Virus record (IMG/VR): IMGVR_UViG_3300027708_000024
Length of the DNA stretch: 64,000 nt
Reading direction: 5' to 3' (one strand)
From: a virus
The translations under genes were made by a program, and so were the position numbers. The notes under the pieces were generated by a model. The model was not told the DNA's origin and did no database searches. It saw only the letters and a program-made list of their open reading frames with translations. Shown here piece by piece: positions 1-10,412 of the stretch (position 1 is its first letter; each line of letters begins with the position of its first letter).

Positions 1-222
1 AATGCAGAATATGATGGTGCTGGTAATTGGGTAACAATTCCAAATAATGCAAAAGGAACATCTGGATGTACTGGTGATATTGGTATTACATCGAGAGCAT
101 ATGCAGCAAATTGTTCTTACACAATCGTTATGGAATTGCGTAAAGAAAATGAATACTATCAGCGTGGTCAGTTTAATGATCCAGCAGCATTCAACTACAC
201 ACCATATGGATTAAAACCATAA
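1..222 (+). CDS. 3' end of hypothetical head-module protein (partial)
   Basis: Frame 1 open from window start (NAEYDGAGNW...PYGLKP) to TAA 220-222, overlapping the next ATG. Confidence 0.7.
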   Translation, partial: NAEYDGAGNWVTIPNNAKGTSGCTGDIGITSRAYAANCSYTIVMELRKENEYYQRGQFNDPAAFNYTPYGLKP

Positions 223-650
223 TGAACTTGGTTGATGCTATCTTATCAGAAAACTGGAACATAGCAAAAGAGTTGATAGAAAAAAGAGTTGCTGAAATAA
301 TAGAAGAAAAAACTCAGCAACTCAAGCAAGAAATTGCTTTTGAAGAATATGGTGATTATGATGAAGAATATTATGAAGAACTAGACGAAGCAAATGTTCA
401 GAGAATGGGTAGAACCAAATTGGTTCGTATTCGTATTCGTGGCGGTAAAGTACAAAGAAGAAAAAAGTTTTCTGCGGTAAAAGGATATACAATTCGAGGT
501 GGTAAATTGACTCGAATGTCATCGTTAGAAAGAAGGCATCGCAAGATGGCCGCAAGAAAATCAAAATTTAAACGCCGTGCTAAATTAAGTCAGTCATTGC
601 GTAAAAGAAGAATGTCTTTAAGAAAAAGAAAGGCGATGGGAATCCGATGA
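222..650 (+). CDS. Prohead core protein (gp67/gp68-like); acidic N-half, very basic C-half
   Basis: Immediately before gp21; ELDE protease-type site then Arg/Lys-rich tail. Confidence 0.6.
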   Translation: MNLVDAILSENWNIAKELIEKRVAEIIEEKTQQLKQEIAFEEYGDYDEEYYEELDEANVQRMGRTKLVRIRIRGGKVQRRKKFSAVKGYTIRGGKLTRMSSLERRHRKMAARKSKFKRRAKLSQSLRKRRMSLRKRKAMGIR

Positions 651-1291
651 AGCTCATTAAAGAAGTAACAGAAACAGTACAATACATTACCGAAGAAAAA
701 GACGGTAAGAAGAATATGTATATCGAAGGTCCTTTCTTGGTATCAGAAAAGAAGAACCGCAACGGTCGTTTATATGAATATGAAACGATGAAAAATGAAG
801 TTGCCAGATATTCAGAAAACTATATTAACAAAAATCGTGCCTTTGGTGAACTAGGTCATCCTGATACACCAACCATTAATCTGGAAAGAGTGTCACATCT
901 AATCGTAGGATTGAGAGAAGATGGTACACAATGGATAGGCAAAGCAAAAATTCTTGAGACACCATATGGTGAAATTGTTAAAAATCTTATTGACGGTGGA
1001 GCACAACTAGGTGTATCTTCTAGAGGTATGGGTTCTTTAGTAAATAAAAATGGTGTTAATGTTGTACAAGGAGATTTCTATCTAGCCACAGCGGCAGATA
1101 TTGTAGCAGACCCATCTGCTCCTGGTGCTTTTGTAGAAGGCATCATGGAGAACAAAGAATGGATGCTAGTCAACGGTGTATGGACTGAACAACACATCGA
1201 ACAGGCGAAAACGCAAATTCGTAAAGCATCTCGTAAAGAGATCGAACAAGTAAGTCTCAGCATCTTTGAGAACTTTATCAAAAAATTATAA
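647..1291 (+). CDS. gp21: Prohead protease gp21
   Basis: NRNGRLY, GELGHP and GVSSRGMGS motifs; DIVADPSAP. Confidence 0.96.
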   Translation: MKLIKEVTETVQYITEEKDGKKNMYIEGPFLVSEKKNRNGRLYEYETMKNEVARYSENYINKNRAFGELGHPDTPTINLERVSHLIVGLREDGTQWIGKAKILETPYGEIVKNLIDGGAQLGVSSRGMGSLVNKNGVNVVQGDFYLATAADIVADPSAPGAFVEGIMENKEWMLVNGVWTEQHIEQAKTQIRKASRKEIEQVSLSIFENFIKKL

Positions 1292-1293
1292 TT

Positions 1294-1301
1294 TATAAAT
1301 A
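1294..1301 (+). promoter_or_regulatory. T4-type late promoter TATAAATA
   Basis: Exact gp55 consensus upstream of gp22/gp23. Confidence 0.8.
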
Positions 1302-1331
1302 TCCAATATAAAAACCTAGGAGACACACAAA

Positions 1332-2654
1332 ATGGTTAAAAAGTTCAATTTATCTGAAGCTGCTAAAGAAATTCTGTCTGCATCAGTTTCGTCAAAGCAA
1401 TCAGGTCAAGATAAACCTGCAAGACTATCAACATCAGTTGCTTATGGTCAACATGATGTGGGTCACATTGGTGATTCACCAGAAGAAGAACATGATGAAT
1501 TGCCAGATTACACAAAAGGCACACCAACTGCAACTCCACCTGGTGCAACACCTCCAGTTGGATCAGAGCCAATGAAGAAATTATCAAGTCAACCTGGCGA
1601 ACACGAAGGTGCAGAGCATGATGCAGTTCAAGAACCAGCAACTGACTATTCTTCAATCCGTGATCGTATCAAAGCAAAACTTGCTATGCAAACAATGAAA
1701 CCAAATCCTGGTGCTCATTTTGATTCATATGGCGAAGATACAGAATATGACGAAGAAATGGTTGCAGAAGAAGAAAACGAAAAACATGAAGATGAAAAGC
1801 AAGATAAAGCCATGATGAAAAAGATGGTTAAAAAATCTGCTATGAAAGAAGAAGAAGAACACGAAGATGAAAAGCAAGATAAAGCCATGATGAAAAAGAT
1901 GGTTAAAAAATCTGCTCTGAAAGAAAAGATGAAAGAAGATATGGATGCACTTCTTTCTGGTGAAAATCTTTCTGAAGAATTTGTTACAAAAGCAACTACA
2001 ATTTTTGAAACAGCAGTTCTTTCCCGTGTTGCAGAAATTCAAGAGCAACTCGAAGAAGAAATTATTTCTGAATTTGAAGTAGTTGTAGATGAACTAAAAG
2101 AAGATTTTGGTACTAAGATCGATGATTACCTGAACTATGTTGTTGAAAACTGGATGAAACAAAACGAATTGGCAATTGAAAGTGGTCTACGTGCCGAGAT
2201 CGTTGAAGATTTCATTACTGGTTTGCGTGACTTGTTCGTAGAGAACTATATTGATGTACCAGAAGATAAAGTTGACGTTGTTGAAGAAATGGCATCTCAA
2301 GTTGAAGAACTTGAAGCAAAACTCAACGAAGAAATTGCTCGTTCAATTGAAATGAAAAAAGAATTGAATGAACATAAGAAGTTCGAGGCTGTTCACGCAG
2401 TGTGTGAAGGTCTCACACAGACACAAGTAGAAAAAATGAAGGCACTCGCAGAGAATGTCGAATACACTACTGAAGAAGAATTTGCCGATAAACTAGTGAC
2501 TCTTAGAGAATCATATTTCCCTAATGGTATAGTTCAAGCAAATAAGTCTGCTTTGGAAGAAGGCGTAGAAATCGAAGATGAAAAAGCAACTAAAATTGCT
2601 GATCCATTGATGGAAGTATATGCTAAAACTATCTCTAAAACATTAATCAAATAA
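1332..2654 (+). CDS. gp22: Prohead core scaffold protein gp22
   Basis: Acidic coiled coil between gp21 and gp23; LSEEF..KA.TIFE, DDYLNYVVENW, LRESYF. Confidence 0.93.
   Translation: MVKKFNLSEAAKEILSASVSSKQSGQDKPARLSTSVAYGQHDVGHIGDSPEEEHDELPDYTKGTPTATPPGATPPVGSEPMKKLSSQPGEHEGAEHDAVQEPATDYSSIRDRIKAKLAMQTMKPNPGAHFDSYGEDTEYDEEMVAEEENEKHEDEKQDKAMMKKMVKKSAMKEEEEHEDEKQDKAMMKKMVKKSALKEKMKEDMDALLSGENLSEEFVTKATTIFETAVLSRVAEIQEQLEEEIISEFEVVVDELKEDFGTKIDDYLNYVVENWMKQNELAIESGLRAEIVEDFITGLRDLFVENYIDVPEDKVDVVEEMASQVEELEAKLNEEIARSIEMKKELNEHKKFEAVHAVCEGLTQTQVEKMKALAENVEYTTEEEFADKLVTLRESYFPNGIVQANKSALEEGVEIEDEKATKIADPLMEVYAKTISKTLIK
1783..1925 (+). repeat. Near-perfect in-frame 75-nt-period tandem duplication in gp22
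   Basis: HEDEKQDKAMMKKMVKKSA(M/L)KE encoded twice (1783-1850, 1858-1925). Confidence 0.9.
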
Positions 2655-2671
2655 AAATAGGAGAATACTAA

Positions 2672-4021
2672 ATGTATTTGACAGAAGAACTACAAAAAAA
2701 ATGGAACCCAGTTCTAGAGCATCCAGAACTCGCAGCCATTAAAGATCCATACAAAAAAGCAGTTACCGCAATGATTCTTGAGAATCAGCAGCAGGCAATG
2801 CAATCCGAAGCACAATCTCTGAATGAGACTGCATACGGTACAGGTGGTCCTACTAACGTTGCAGGTGGTGTTCAGAACTTTGACCCAATCTTGATTTCGT
2901 TAGTACGCCGTGCATTACCTAACCTGATCGCTTATGATGTTGCTGGTGTTCAACCAATGACTGGTCCTACAGGTCTTATTTTCGCAATGAGAGCTCGTTA
3001 CACTGGACAAAGTTCTGGTAACCCAGAAGCATTCTTCAACGAAGCAAACACAATCTTCTCTGGTCAACGTTCCAGCGATCATAGTGGTAACCCATTGCAA
3101 GGTTTTGCTAACAGCACAACTGGTGATACAATCACTAACCCAGTTAATTCATTGACTGCTAACGCATTCACAACTGGTGTTGGACTAAACACTTCTGATG
3201 CTGAGAACCTAGGTTCCGATACAACTACTCCATTCCAACAAATGGCGTTCTCTATCGAGAAAGTAACTGTTACTGCTCAAAGCCGTGCGTTAAAAGCAGA
3301 ATACTCACTAGAACTTGCACAAGACTTGAAAGCAATTCATGGTCTTGACGCTGAGACAGAATTGTCGAACATTCTTTCTACAGAAATTCTTGCTGAGATC
3401 AACCGTGAAGTTATTCGTACCATCTATTCAACTGCTGTTGCAGGTGCTCAGTACGGTACAACTAACGCTGGTACTTTTGACTTAGATACAGATTCGAATG
3501 GCCGTTGGTCAGTTGAACGTTTCAAAGGTCTGATTTTCCAAATCGAACGTGATGCTAACGTTATTGCCAAGCAAACTCGTCGTGGAAAAGGTAACGTTCT
3601 GATCGTTTCTTCAGACGTTGCTTCTGCAATGGCTATGGCTGGTGTTCTGCAATATACACCTGCTCTGTCTGCTGATCTGCAAGTTGACGACACTGGTAAT
3701 ACATTTGCTGGTTTGTTGCATGGTCGTATCAAAGTTTACATCGATCCATACTTTGGTGGTTACACAAGCAATCAAGAACTCGTTACTATCGGATATAAGG
3801 GTACTTCACCTTACGACGCTGGTCTGTTCTATTGCCCATACGTTCCTCTCCAAATGGTTCGTGCTGTTGACCAGTTTACATTCCAACCAAAAATTGGATT
3901 CAAGACTCGTTACGGCATGGTTGCAAACCCATTTGCACAAGGTCTGACACAAGGTAATGGTGCGTTGAACCCACGTACAAACGTTTATTACAGAATTTTC
4001 CAAGTGAAAAATTTGATGTAA
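2672..4021 (+). CDS. gp23: Major capsid protein gp23
   Basis: DPILISLVRR, GVQPMTGPTGLIFAMR, ELAQDLKAIHGLDAE, FQPKIGFKTRYG. Confidence 0.98.
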   Translation: MYLTEELQKKWNPVLEHPELAAIKDPYKKAVTAMILENQQQAMQSEAQSLNETAYGTGGPTNVAGGVQNFDPILISLVRRALPNLIAYDVAGVQPMTGPTGLIFAMRARYTGQSSGNPEAFFNEANTIFSGQRSSDHSGNPLQGFANSTTGDTITNPVNSLTANAFTTGVGLNTSDAENLGSDTTTPFQQMAFSIEKVTVTAQSRALKAEYSLELAQDLKAIHGLDAETELSNILSTEILAEINREVIRTIYSTAVAGAQYGTTNAGTFDLDTDSNGRWSVERFKGLIFQIERDANVIAKQTRRGKGNVLIVSSDVASAMAMAGVLQYTPALSADLQVDDTGNTFAGLLHGRIKVYIDPYFGGYTSNQELVTIGYKGTSPYDAGLFYCPYVPLQMVRAVDQFTFQPKIGFKTRYGMVANPFAQGLTQGNGALNPRTNVYYRIFQVKNLM

Positions 4022-4061
4022 TATCCCTCACGGGACAAGAAGCACCAATAAGAGTGCGTTT

Positions 4062-4093
4062 AAAGAGAGAGTAGAAATACTCTCTCTTTTTTT
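4062..4093 (+). terminator. Rho-independent terminator after gp23
   Basis: AAAGAGAGAGTA-GAAA-TACTCTCTCTTT plus T run. Confidence 0.9.
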
Positions 4094-4135
4094 GGTTCAT
4101 AAATAGTAGTAGTATACACTTTTAGAGAAATCAAA

Positions 4136-4630
4136 ATGACAGCAATAGCAAGAACACCAGTTAATACCAACTTGTTGCAATCAACAAAGTTTCAGTTAAT
4201 ATTTCCAAATATAAAGAATATGACATTCTTTTGTCAAGATGTTAGTATACCTGGTGTGAGTATTAATGAATTACCGCAGACAACACCATTCGTAAATCTT
4301 GCTAGGCCTGGACAAAAAATAACGTATGATGAGTTTACCGTGCGTTTTATGGTAAGTGAAGATTTAAGTTCGTGGTTGGATATTCATAATTGGATTCGTG
4401 GTATGGCAGATCCAGTAACTTTTCCGCAACTATCAACAACTGAAAAATATACAGATGGTACATTGTTGATATATTCGAATTTAAACAATCCAAAATTCAA
4501 AGTGGAATTCAAGAATATGTTTCCACATACGTTATCTGAATTAGAGTTTAGTACAAAGAATTCGGCAGATGATATTATGACTGCCAGTGTAACTTTTAGG
4601 TATGATTACTATGATTTTGTTGCCACTTGA
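4136..4630 (+). CDS. gp3: Tail tube terminator / tail completion protein gp3-like
   Basis: Tail-tube-like sequence (FFCQDVSIPG, F.NMFP..LS.LEF) between gp23 and uvsY; CATAAATA late-type promoter at 4098. Confidence 0.8.
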   Translation: MTAIARTPVNTNLLQSTKFQLIFPNIKNMTFFCQDVSIPGVSINELPQTTPFVNLARPGQKITYDEFTVRFMVSEDLSSWLDIHNWIRGMADPVTFPQLSTTEKYTDGTLLIYSNLNNPKFKVEFKNMFPHTLSELEFSTKNSADDIMTASVTFRYDYYDFVAT

Positions 4631-4655
4631 CAAATCCAATTCGTTATGATATACT
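4627..4655 (+). promoter_or_regulatory. sigma70-type promoter for uvsY
   Basis: TTGACA-17-TATACT with TG extension. Confidence 0.8.
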
Positions 4656-4685
4656 AAGAATATAACATTATTGTGAGTTTATATT

Positions 4686-5120
4686 ATGGAAAACTTAGAA
4701 CAAATATTAAAGTATTGGGAAAAAGATTCTCAAATCGATCAAACCGAACCAAGTAAAGAATTGATTCGTATACCAATACTTCACAGTCAATATCTCAATA
4801 TACTAACTAAACATCGAATTGCTGTCAAGAAGGCAACATTTGATTACCAGCGTATGCGTAAAACCAAGTGGGAATACTATACAGGTAAGATGTCTCAAGA
4901 AGAATTGCAAGAACACGGTTGGTTACCTTTTGCATTTACATTGAAATCTGATGTGTCTACATATCTAGAAGCAGATAATGATTTAATTAAATTTCTCGAA
5001 AAGAAAGCATATCATGAAGAAGTGGTTGCGGTAGTTGAATCTATTATGAATGAGTTAAAACAAAGAACTTGGCAATTGCGTGATTATATCTCTTGGGAGA
5101 AATTTGTTGCAGGACAATGA
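4686..5120 (+). CDS. uvsY: Recombination mediator UvsY
   Basis: KWEYYTGK motif; adjacent to uvsW. Confidence 0.9.
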   Translation: MENLEQILKYWEKDSQIDQTEPSKELIRIPILHSQYLNILTKHRIAVKKATFDYQRMRKTKWEYYTGKMSQEELQEHGWLPFAFTLKSDVSTYLEADNDLIKFLEKKAYHEEVVAVVESIMNELKQRTWQLRDYISWEKFVAGQ

Positions 5121-6600
5121 TATATTAATTACCAAAGTAAATGAAGCATATGTAAAAGTTCATTGTGAACGACATCTTGCACAAGAACTTTCAGAATACT
5201 TTACTTTTACAGTTCCTGGTCATCAATTTACTCCAGCATTTCGCAATCGTATATGGGATGGAAAGATTCGTCTTTTAGATTTACGAAATAACCAAATTAC
5301 ACATGGTCTCATTTCATACATTGAACAATTCTGTATAGAACGTGATTATAAATTTGAATATGGTGAACCAAGAGCAGATTTAACTGAAGAATTCAGTGTG
5401 TATCTTGCAAAGAAGTTTATTGAAGAATTAAATTTAAAATTAGAAGTTCGTGACTATCAAGTTGACGCATTTGTACATGCCATAAGAAACAAAAAAGCAG
5501 TATTACTTTCACCAACTGCATCTGGTAAATCACTCATCATATATCTACTAGTAAGACAATTTATTGATTATCGTTGCAAGAAAGGTCTTATCATTGTACC
5601 GACAACATCACTTGTCGAGCAATTGTATACTGACTTTGCAGATTATGGTTGGAACGTTGCAGAACATACTCATCGAATATATCAAGGTAAAGATAAAGTA
5701 ACAGATTTACCTTTGACTATATCAACATGGCAATCGTTATATAAGTTACCCAAAGAATACTTTGAGCAATTTGATTTTATTATTGGTGACGAAGCACATC
5801 TATTTAAAGCACAATCATTAACTACCATTATGTCAAGTTGTATTAATGCTGGTTATAGAATAGGATTAACAGGAACATTAGATGGCACAAAGACTCATAA
5901 ACTTGTTTTAGAAGGTTTATTTGGTCCGGTAGAGCAAGTAACTACAACCAGAAAATTAATCGATTCAGGTAAGGTTGCAGACTTTGAGATCAAATGTTTG
6001 GTACTAAAGCATGATGATGCAATATGTAAAGAGATGAAAGGCAAAGAATATAAGGATGAAATAGAGTATTTGGTTCTCAATGAGTCTAGGAATAAGTTCA
6101 TCAAGAACTTAGCATTATCACTTGGTACAAATACCTTAATTCTTTATCAATATGTTGACAAGCATGGTAAGATCCTGTATGATCTAATTACCGGTGCCAA
6201 AAACATCAAAGATAGAAAAGTCTTTTTTATCCATGGTGGTGTAGATGCCGAGATGCGTGAAGAAGTTCGTAGAATAACTGAAGGTGAACAAGATGCTATT
6301 ATTGTTGCTAGTTATGGAACTTTTTCTACTGGAGTCAATATTAAAAATTTGCACAATATTATATTTGCAAGTCCTTCAAAATCAAGAGTGAGAAATCTAC
6401 AATCGATTGGTCGTGGTTTAAGACAATCTGAAGGAAAAGAAAAAGCAACATTATATGATATAGCAGATGATATGAGAGTAGGAAAATATATGAATTTTAC
6501 ATTAAGACACTTTGTCGAAAGAGTAAAGATATATAATGATGAGAAGTTCGATTATAAACTTTACAAGATAGGACTCAAAAATGTATCAACAGGAAATTAA
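5107..6600 (+). CDS. uvsW: SF2 helicase UvsW (probable TTG start at 5107)
   Basis: PTASGKS, DEAH, QSIGRGLR; GGGAG SD at 5095-5099. Confidence 0.95.
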   Translation: MQDNDILITKVNEAYVKVHCERHLAQELSEYFTFTVPGHQFTPAFRNRIWDGKIRLLDLRNNQITHGLISYIEQFCIERDYKFEYGEPRADLTEEFSVYLAKKFIEELNLKLEVRDYQVDAFVHAIRNKKAVLLSPTASGKSLIIYLLVRQFIDYRCKKGLIIVPTTSLVEQLYTDFADYGWNVAEHTHRIYQGKDKVTDLPLTISTWQSLYKLPKEYFEQFDFIIGDEAHLFKAQSLTTIMSSCINAGYRIGLTGTLDGTKTHKLVLEGLFGPVEQVTTTRKLIDSGKVADFEIKCLVLKHDDAICKEMKGKEYKDEIEYLVLNESRNKFIKNLALSLGTNTLILYQYVDKHGKILYDLITGAKNIKDRKVFFIHGGVDAEMREEVRRITEGEQDAIIVASYGTFSTGVNIKNLHNIIFASPSKSRVRNLQSIGRGLRQSEGKEKATLYDIADDMRVGKYMNFTLRHFVERVKIYNDEKFDYKLYKIGLKNVSTGN

Positions 6601-6958
6601 AATAGTCCGTTTTAAATCAGGTGAAGATGTGGTTGCGGAATTAACAGAAGGTGAATACGGTAAAATTGTTATGAAGAATCCAATGGAAGTCAAAATTATT
6701 CCTGATAGAAAATTAGGTAAAAATATTGTTTATATGCAACAGTGGTTACCAGTTACTATATTAGCACAAAATCAAACTGAGGTCTTTGAGACTGATATCC
6801 TGAGTGTGATGCATCCAAGTGATGAGTTTACTACGTATTATATTAATATGGCATTAAATGTAGAGACGTTATTAGAATCAGATGAAGAACTAGACGACGA
6901 TGATGGTGACTTACTATCACAAGTAGAAGAAGCTAAGATACTAAATCAGATACATTAG
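6581..6958 (+). CDS. Conserved hypothetical (Sm-like fold) upstream of gp55
   Basis: IVRFKSGEDVVAE N-terminus; T4-like synteny. Confidence 0.6.
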   Translation: MYQQEIKIVRFKSGEDVVAELTEGEYGKIVMKNPMEVKIIPDRKLGKNIVYMQQWLPVTILAQNQTEVFETDILSVMHPSDEFTTYYINMALNVETLLESDEELDDDDGDLLSQVEEAKILNQIH

Positions 6959-7043
6959 ATTTATACTTTTATAGGGTACATACTCAATATACACATATGT
7001 CAAGCAACTGTCAACAACAAATTATGGTAAACATGAATAATAT

Positions 7044-7595
7044 ATGAAAATAAAACACTACGTTAATAATGCCGATTTTCTTGCTTCGTTAATCAAGTAC
7101 AAAGAAGATTGTGCCATTGCAAAAAAAGAAGGTAAGATCAAACCTCAGATACCAAATTATATTGGTGAGTGTTTTATGAAGATTGCAGAAGGTCTATCTC
7201 ACAAACCCAACTTCATCAATTATACTTATCGTGATGAGATGATTGCCGACGGTATTGAAAACTGTTTAATGTACTTTGAAAACTTTGATCCGGCAAAGAG
7301 TAATAATCCATTTGCATATTTCACTCAAATCATATATTATGCTTTCTTGAGGCGAATTCAAAAAGAAAAGAAGCAGATGTATGTGAAGTACAAGGCTACC
7401 GAACAATATGGTATACTTGATGAATTTGAGATGTTAGAATCAGAAGATGGTAAAACTAGACAATTTGAATTGTATGATAATATATCAGAGTTCATTGAAA
7501 ATTATGAAGAATCACGCAAGAAGAAAAAAGAAAATACCAAAACTAAAATTGTTGGTATTGAAAAGTTTCTTGATGATGAGGATGATGAAGTATAA
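7044..7595 (+). CDS. gp55: Late-transcription sigma factor gp55
   Basis: HYVNN, IGECFMKIAEGLS, NPFAYFTQI. Confidence 0.96.
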   Translation: MKIKHYVNNADFLASLIKYKEDCAIAKKEGKIKPQIPNYIGECFMKIAEGLSHKPNFINYTYRDEMIADGIENCLMYFENFDPAKSNNPFAYFTQIIYYAFLRRIQKEKKQMYVKYKATEQYGILDEFEMLESEDGKTRQFELYDNISEFIENYEESRKKKKENTKTKIVGIEKFLDDEDDEV

Positions 7596-7617
7596 ATTTT
7601 GAAAGAAGGTATTTGAA

Positions 7618-8700
7618 ATGAAAGTAGCAATAATCACCGACCAACATTTTGGGAGTCGGAATGACTCAATACATTTTTTAGATTTTTATCAAAAGTTCTA
7701 TGAACATACTTTTTTCCCTACTATTGATGCAGTGGGTATTGATACTGTTCTTATTCTTGGCGATACTTTTGATAGAAGAAAGTATGTGAATTTTTATTCA
7801 CTCAAACGAACAAAAGAAATGTTCTTTGATGAATTAGTAAAACGTAATATTCAAGTGTATATGCTGGCAGGTAATCATGATACGTATTTTAAAAATACGA
7901 ATGAAGTGAACTCTGTTGAATTGCTATTGCGTGAATATGAAAATATTACAGTCATCGATTCACCACAAACAATCCATTTAAACTATGAAGATATCAATTA
8001 CGATATCTGTATGATCCCATGGATATGTGCAGATAACTATGATACCAGTTTATCAGAAATAAAAAATACTTCTGCACAGATTTGTATGGGTCACTTTGAA
8101 ATTGCAGGATTTGCAATGTATCGTGGTATGCCTTCTCATGAAGGATTAGATCGTAGTATGTTCAAACGTTTTGATATGGTATTCAGTGGTCACTATCACC
8201 ATCGCAGTAGTGCTGATGGTATATACTATCTAGGTAATCCATATGAACTCACATGGCAAGATTATAATGATACCCGAGGTTTTCATCTATTTGATTTATC
8301 CAATCGTGAACTAGAGTTTGTACCAAATCCAAATGTGATGTTCCATCGTATCATATATGATGATAAGACAGAATCGATTACCGAAATTAGCAATAAAGAT
8401 TTGAGTGTATACAAAGACAAATACGTCAAAGTGGTTGTGGTAAATAAAACAAATCCATTTTTGTTTGATACCTTCATGAATAATCTATACAATTCAAACC
8501 CTATCGATATTACCATTGCCGAAGATGTTATTGACTTGACAGAAGAATCAGAAAATGATATTATTGATGAAGCTGAAGATACTATGACTATCTTAAACAA
8601 GTACATAGATGCTGTCACACCAGAAAATATCGATAACGATAAACTCAAAAGTATTATGCGTGAACTATACGTTGAGGCACTAAACACTGAGAACGAATGA
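7618..8700 (+). CDS. gp47: Recombination endonuclease gp47 (Mre11-like)
   Basis: TDQHFG, LGDTFD, GNHD, SGHYH. Confidence 0.96.
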   Translation: MKVAIITDQHFGSRNDSIHFLDFYQKFYEHTFFPTIDAVGIDTVLILGDTFDRRKYVNFYSLKRTKEMFFDELVKRNIQVYMLAGNHDTYFKNTNEVNSVELLLREYENITVIDSPQTIHLNYEDINYDICMIPWICADNYDTSLSEIKNTSAQICMGHFEIAGFAMYRGMPSHEGLDRSMFKRFDMVFSGHYHHRSSADGIYYLGNPYELTWQDYNDTRGFHLFDLSNRELEFVPNPNVMFHRIIYDDKTESITEISNKDLSVYKDKYVKVVVVNKTNPFLFDTFMNNLYNSNPIDITIAEDVIDLTEESENDIIDEAEDTMTILNKYIDAVTPENIDNDKLKSIMRELYVEALNTENE

Positions 8701-10412
8701 TAATATTTGAAAAATGCAGATGGAAGAATTTTCTTTCAACTGGAAACTATTTTACAGAAGTTGACTTTACTAGATCAACAAACACACTAATTATCGGACA
8801 GAATGGTGCAGGTAAGTCTACTATATTAGATGCGTTGTGTTTTGGTTTGTTTGGTAAACCATTTCGTAAAATTAATAAACCGCAACTTCTAAATTCTATC
8901 AATCAAAAAGATGGTGTTGTTGAAGTTGAGTTTACTATTGGCACAAAGAAATATAAAATCATTCGTGGTATCAAACCAAATGTGTTTGAAATCTATTGTA
9001 ATGGAACAATGGTTAATCAAGATGCAGCAGTCAAAGATTACCAAGAACATCTTGAACGATTGATTCTCAAATTAAACTACAAATCGTTTACACAAATTGT
9101 TATTCTTGGGTCTGCATCATTTGTTCCATTTATGCAGTTATCTGCAAGTGATCGTAGAACAATTATTGAAGATTTGCTTGACATTCAAATATTTTCTTCC
9201 ATGAATGGTTTAGTTAAAACTAAATTATCGGAAATAAAAGATTCAAACACAAGAGTCAAATATTCATTAGAGTTGACTGGTGAGAAGATTACACTTCAGA
9301 AACAAAATATAGAAGAACACAAGAAACACAATGACGCAGAAATAGAAAAGAAAAGACAAGAAATACTTAACAGCGAAACTCAAGTACGCAAGTTGCAAAC
9401 TGATATAGAATTGATACAAAAACATATCAATGTATTGAACAGTAAAATTAATGATTCGGTAGCAATGCAAAAGAAAAGTACCAAGTTGTTACAACTAGAA
9501 TCGAAGTTGGAATCAAAAGTTAAAAAGATCGATAAGGAAATTACTTTTTATGAAGAAAACGACAATTGCCCAACCTGTAAACAGCATATCGATGACACGT
9601 TCCGACATGGAGAGCTTGCTAGAAGCAATCAAACAAAAGGAGAAATTGGCGTTGGCCTTAAGGACATCGAAAAAGAAATCGAAAAAACAAACAAACGCAT
9701 TGAAGAAATCCAAAAGATAGTTAAACATATCCAAGAACATAATAACGAAGTAGTAAAACACAATTCAACTATTTCTGCCGTTAATAAGTACATAGGAAAA
9801 ATTCAACAAGAAATTAGTGAGTTATCCAATCGTAAAGACAATCTTGAAGAAGAAAATGCCAAACTAAAAGAACTGAAAAAACAACTTGGTGATATTTTAA
9901 AAGAACAAGAAGTAATATCAACAGAAAAGCAGTATTATGATTTTGCATCTGCTCTATTGAAAGATGGTGGTATTAAAACTAAAATCATCAAACAATATTT
10001 GCCTGTGATGAATAAGTTGATTAACAAATATCTTGCGGCAATGGACTTCTTTGCAAACTTTAATATCAATGAAAATTTTGAAGAAATTATTAAGAGTAGA
10101 CACAGAGATGAATTCTCATATGATAGTTTCTCTGAAGGTGAAAAGATGCGTATCGATTTGGCACTATTGTTTACATGGCGTCAAATAGCAAAATTAAAGA
10201 ATTCAACAAACACGAATCTGCTTATTTTAGATGAAGTATTTGATAGCAGCCTAGATACAGTAGGTACGGATGAGTTTTTAAAATTGTTGCATAGTCTAGA
10301 TAACGATACCAACGTGTTCGTTATTAGTCATAAAGGTGACCAGTTATTCGATAAATTTAGATCGGTAATTCGGTTTGAGAAAAAGAATAATTTTTCAAGG
10401 ATAGCAAAATGA
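8697..10412 (+). CDS. gp46: Recombination ATPase gp46 (Rad50-like)
   Basis: GQNGAGKS, CPTC zinc hook, FSEGEK, LDEVFD. Confidence 0.96.
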   Translation: MIIFEKCRWKNFLSTGNYFTEVDFTRSTNTLIIGQNGAGKSTILDALCFGLFGKPFRKINKPQLLNSINQKDGVVEVEFTIGTKKYKIIRGIKPNVFEIYCNGTMVNQDAAVKDYQEHLERLILKLNYKSFTQIVILGSASFVPFMQLSASDRRTIIEDLLDIQIFSSMNGLVKTKLSEIKDSNTRVKYSLELTGEKITLQKQNIEEHKKHNDAEIEKKRQEILNSETQVRKLQTDIELIQKHINVLNSKINDSVAMQKKSTKLLQLESKLESKVKKIDKEITFYEENDNCPTCKQHIDDTFRHGELARSNQTKGEIGVGLKDIEKEIEKTNKRIEEIQKIVKHIQEHNNEVVKHNSTISAVNKYIGKIQQEISELSNRKDNLEEENAKLKELKKQLGDILKEQEVISTEKQYYDFASALLKDGGIKTKIIKQYLPVMNKLINKYLAAMDFFANFNINENFEEIIKSRHRDEFSYDSFSEGEKMRIDLALLFTWRQIAKLKNSTNTNLLILDEVFDSSLDTVGTDEFLKLLHSLDNDTNVFVISHKGDQLFDKFRSVIRFEKKNNFSRIAK

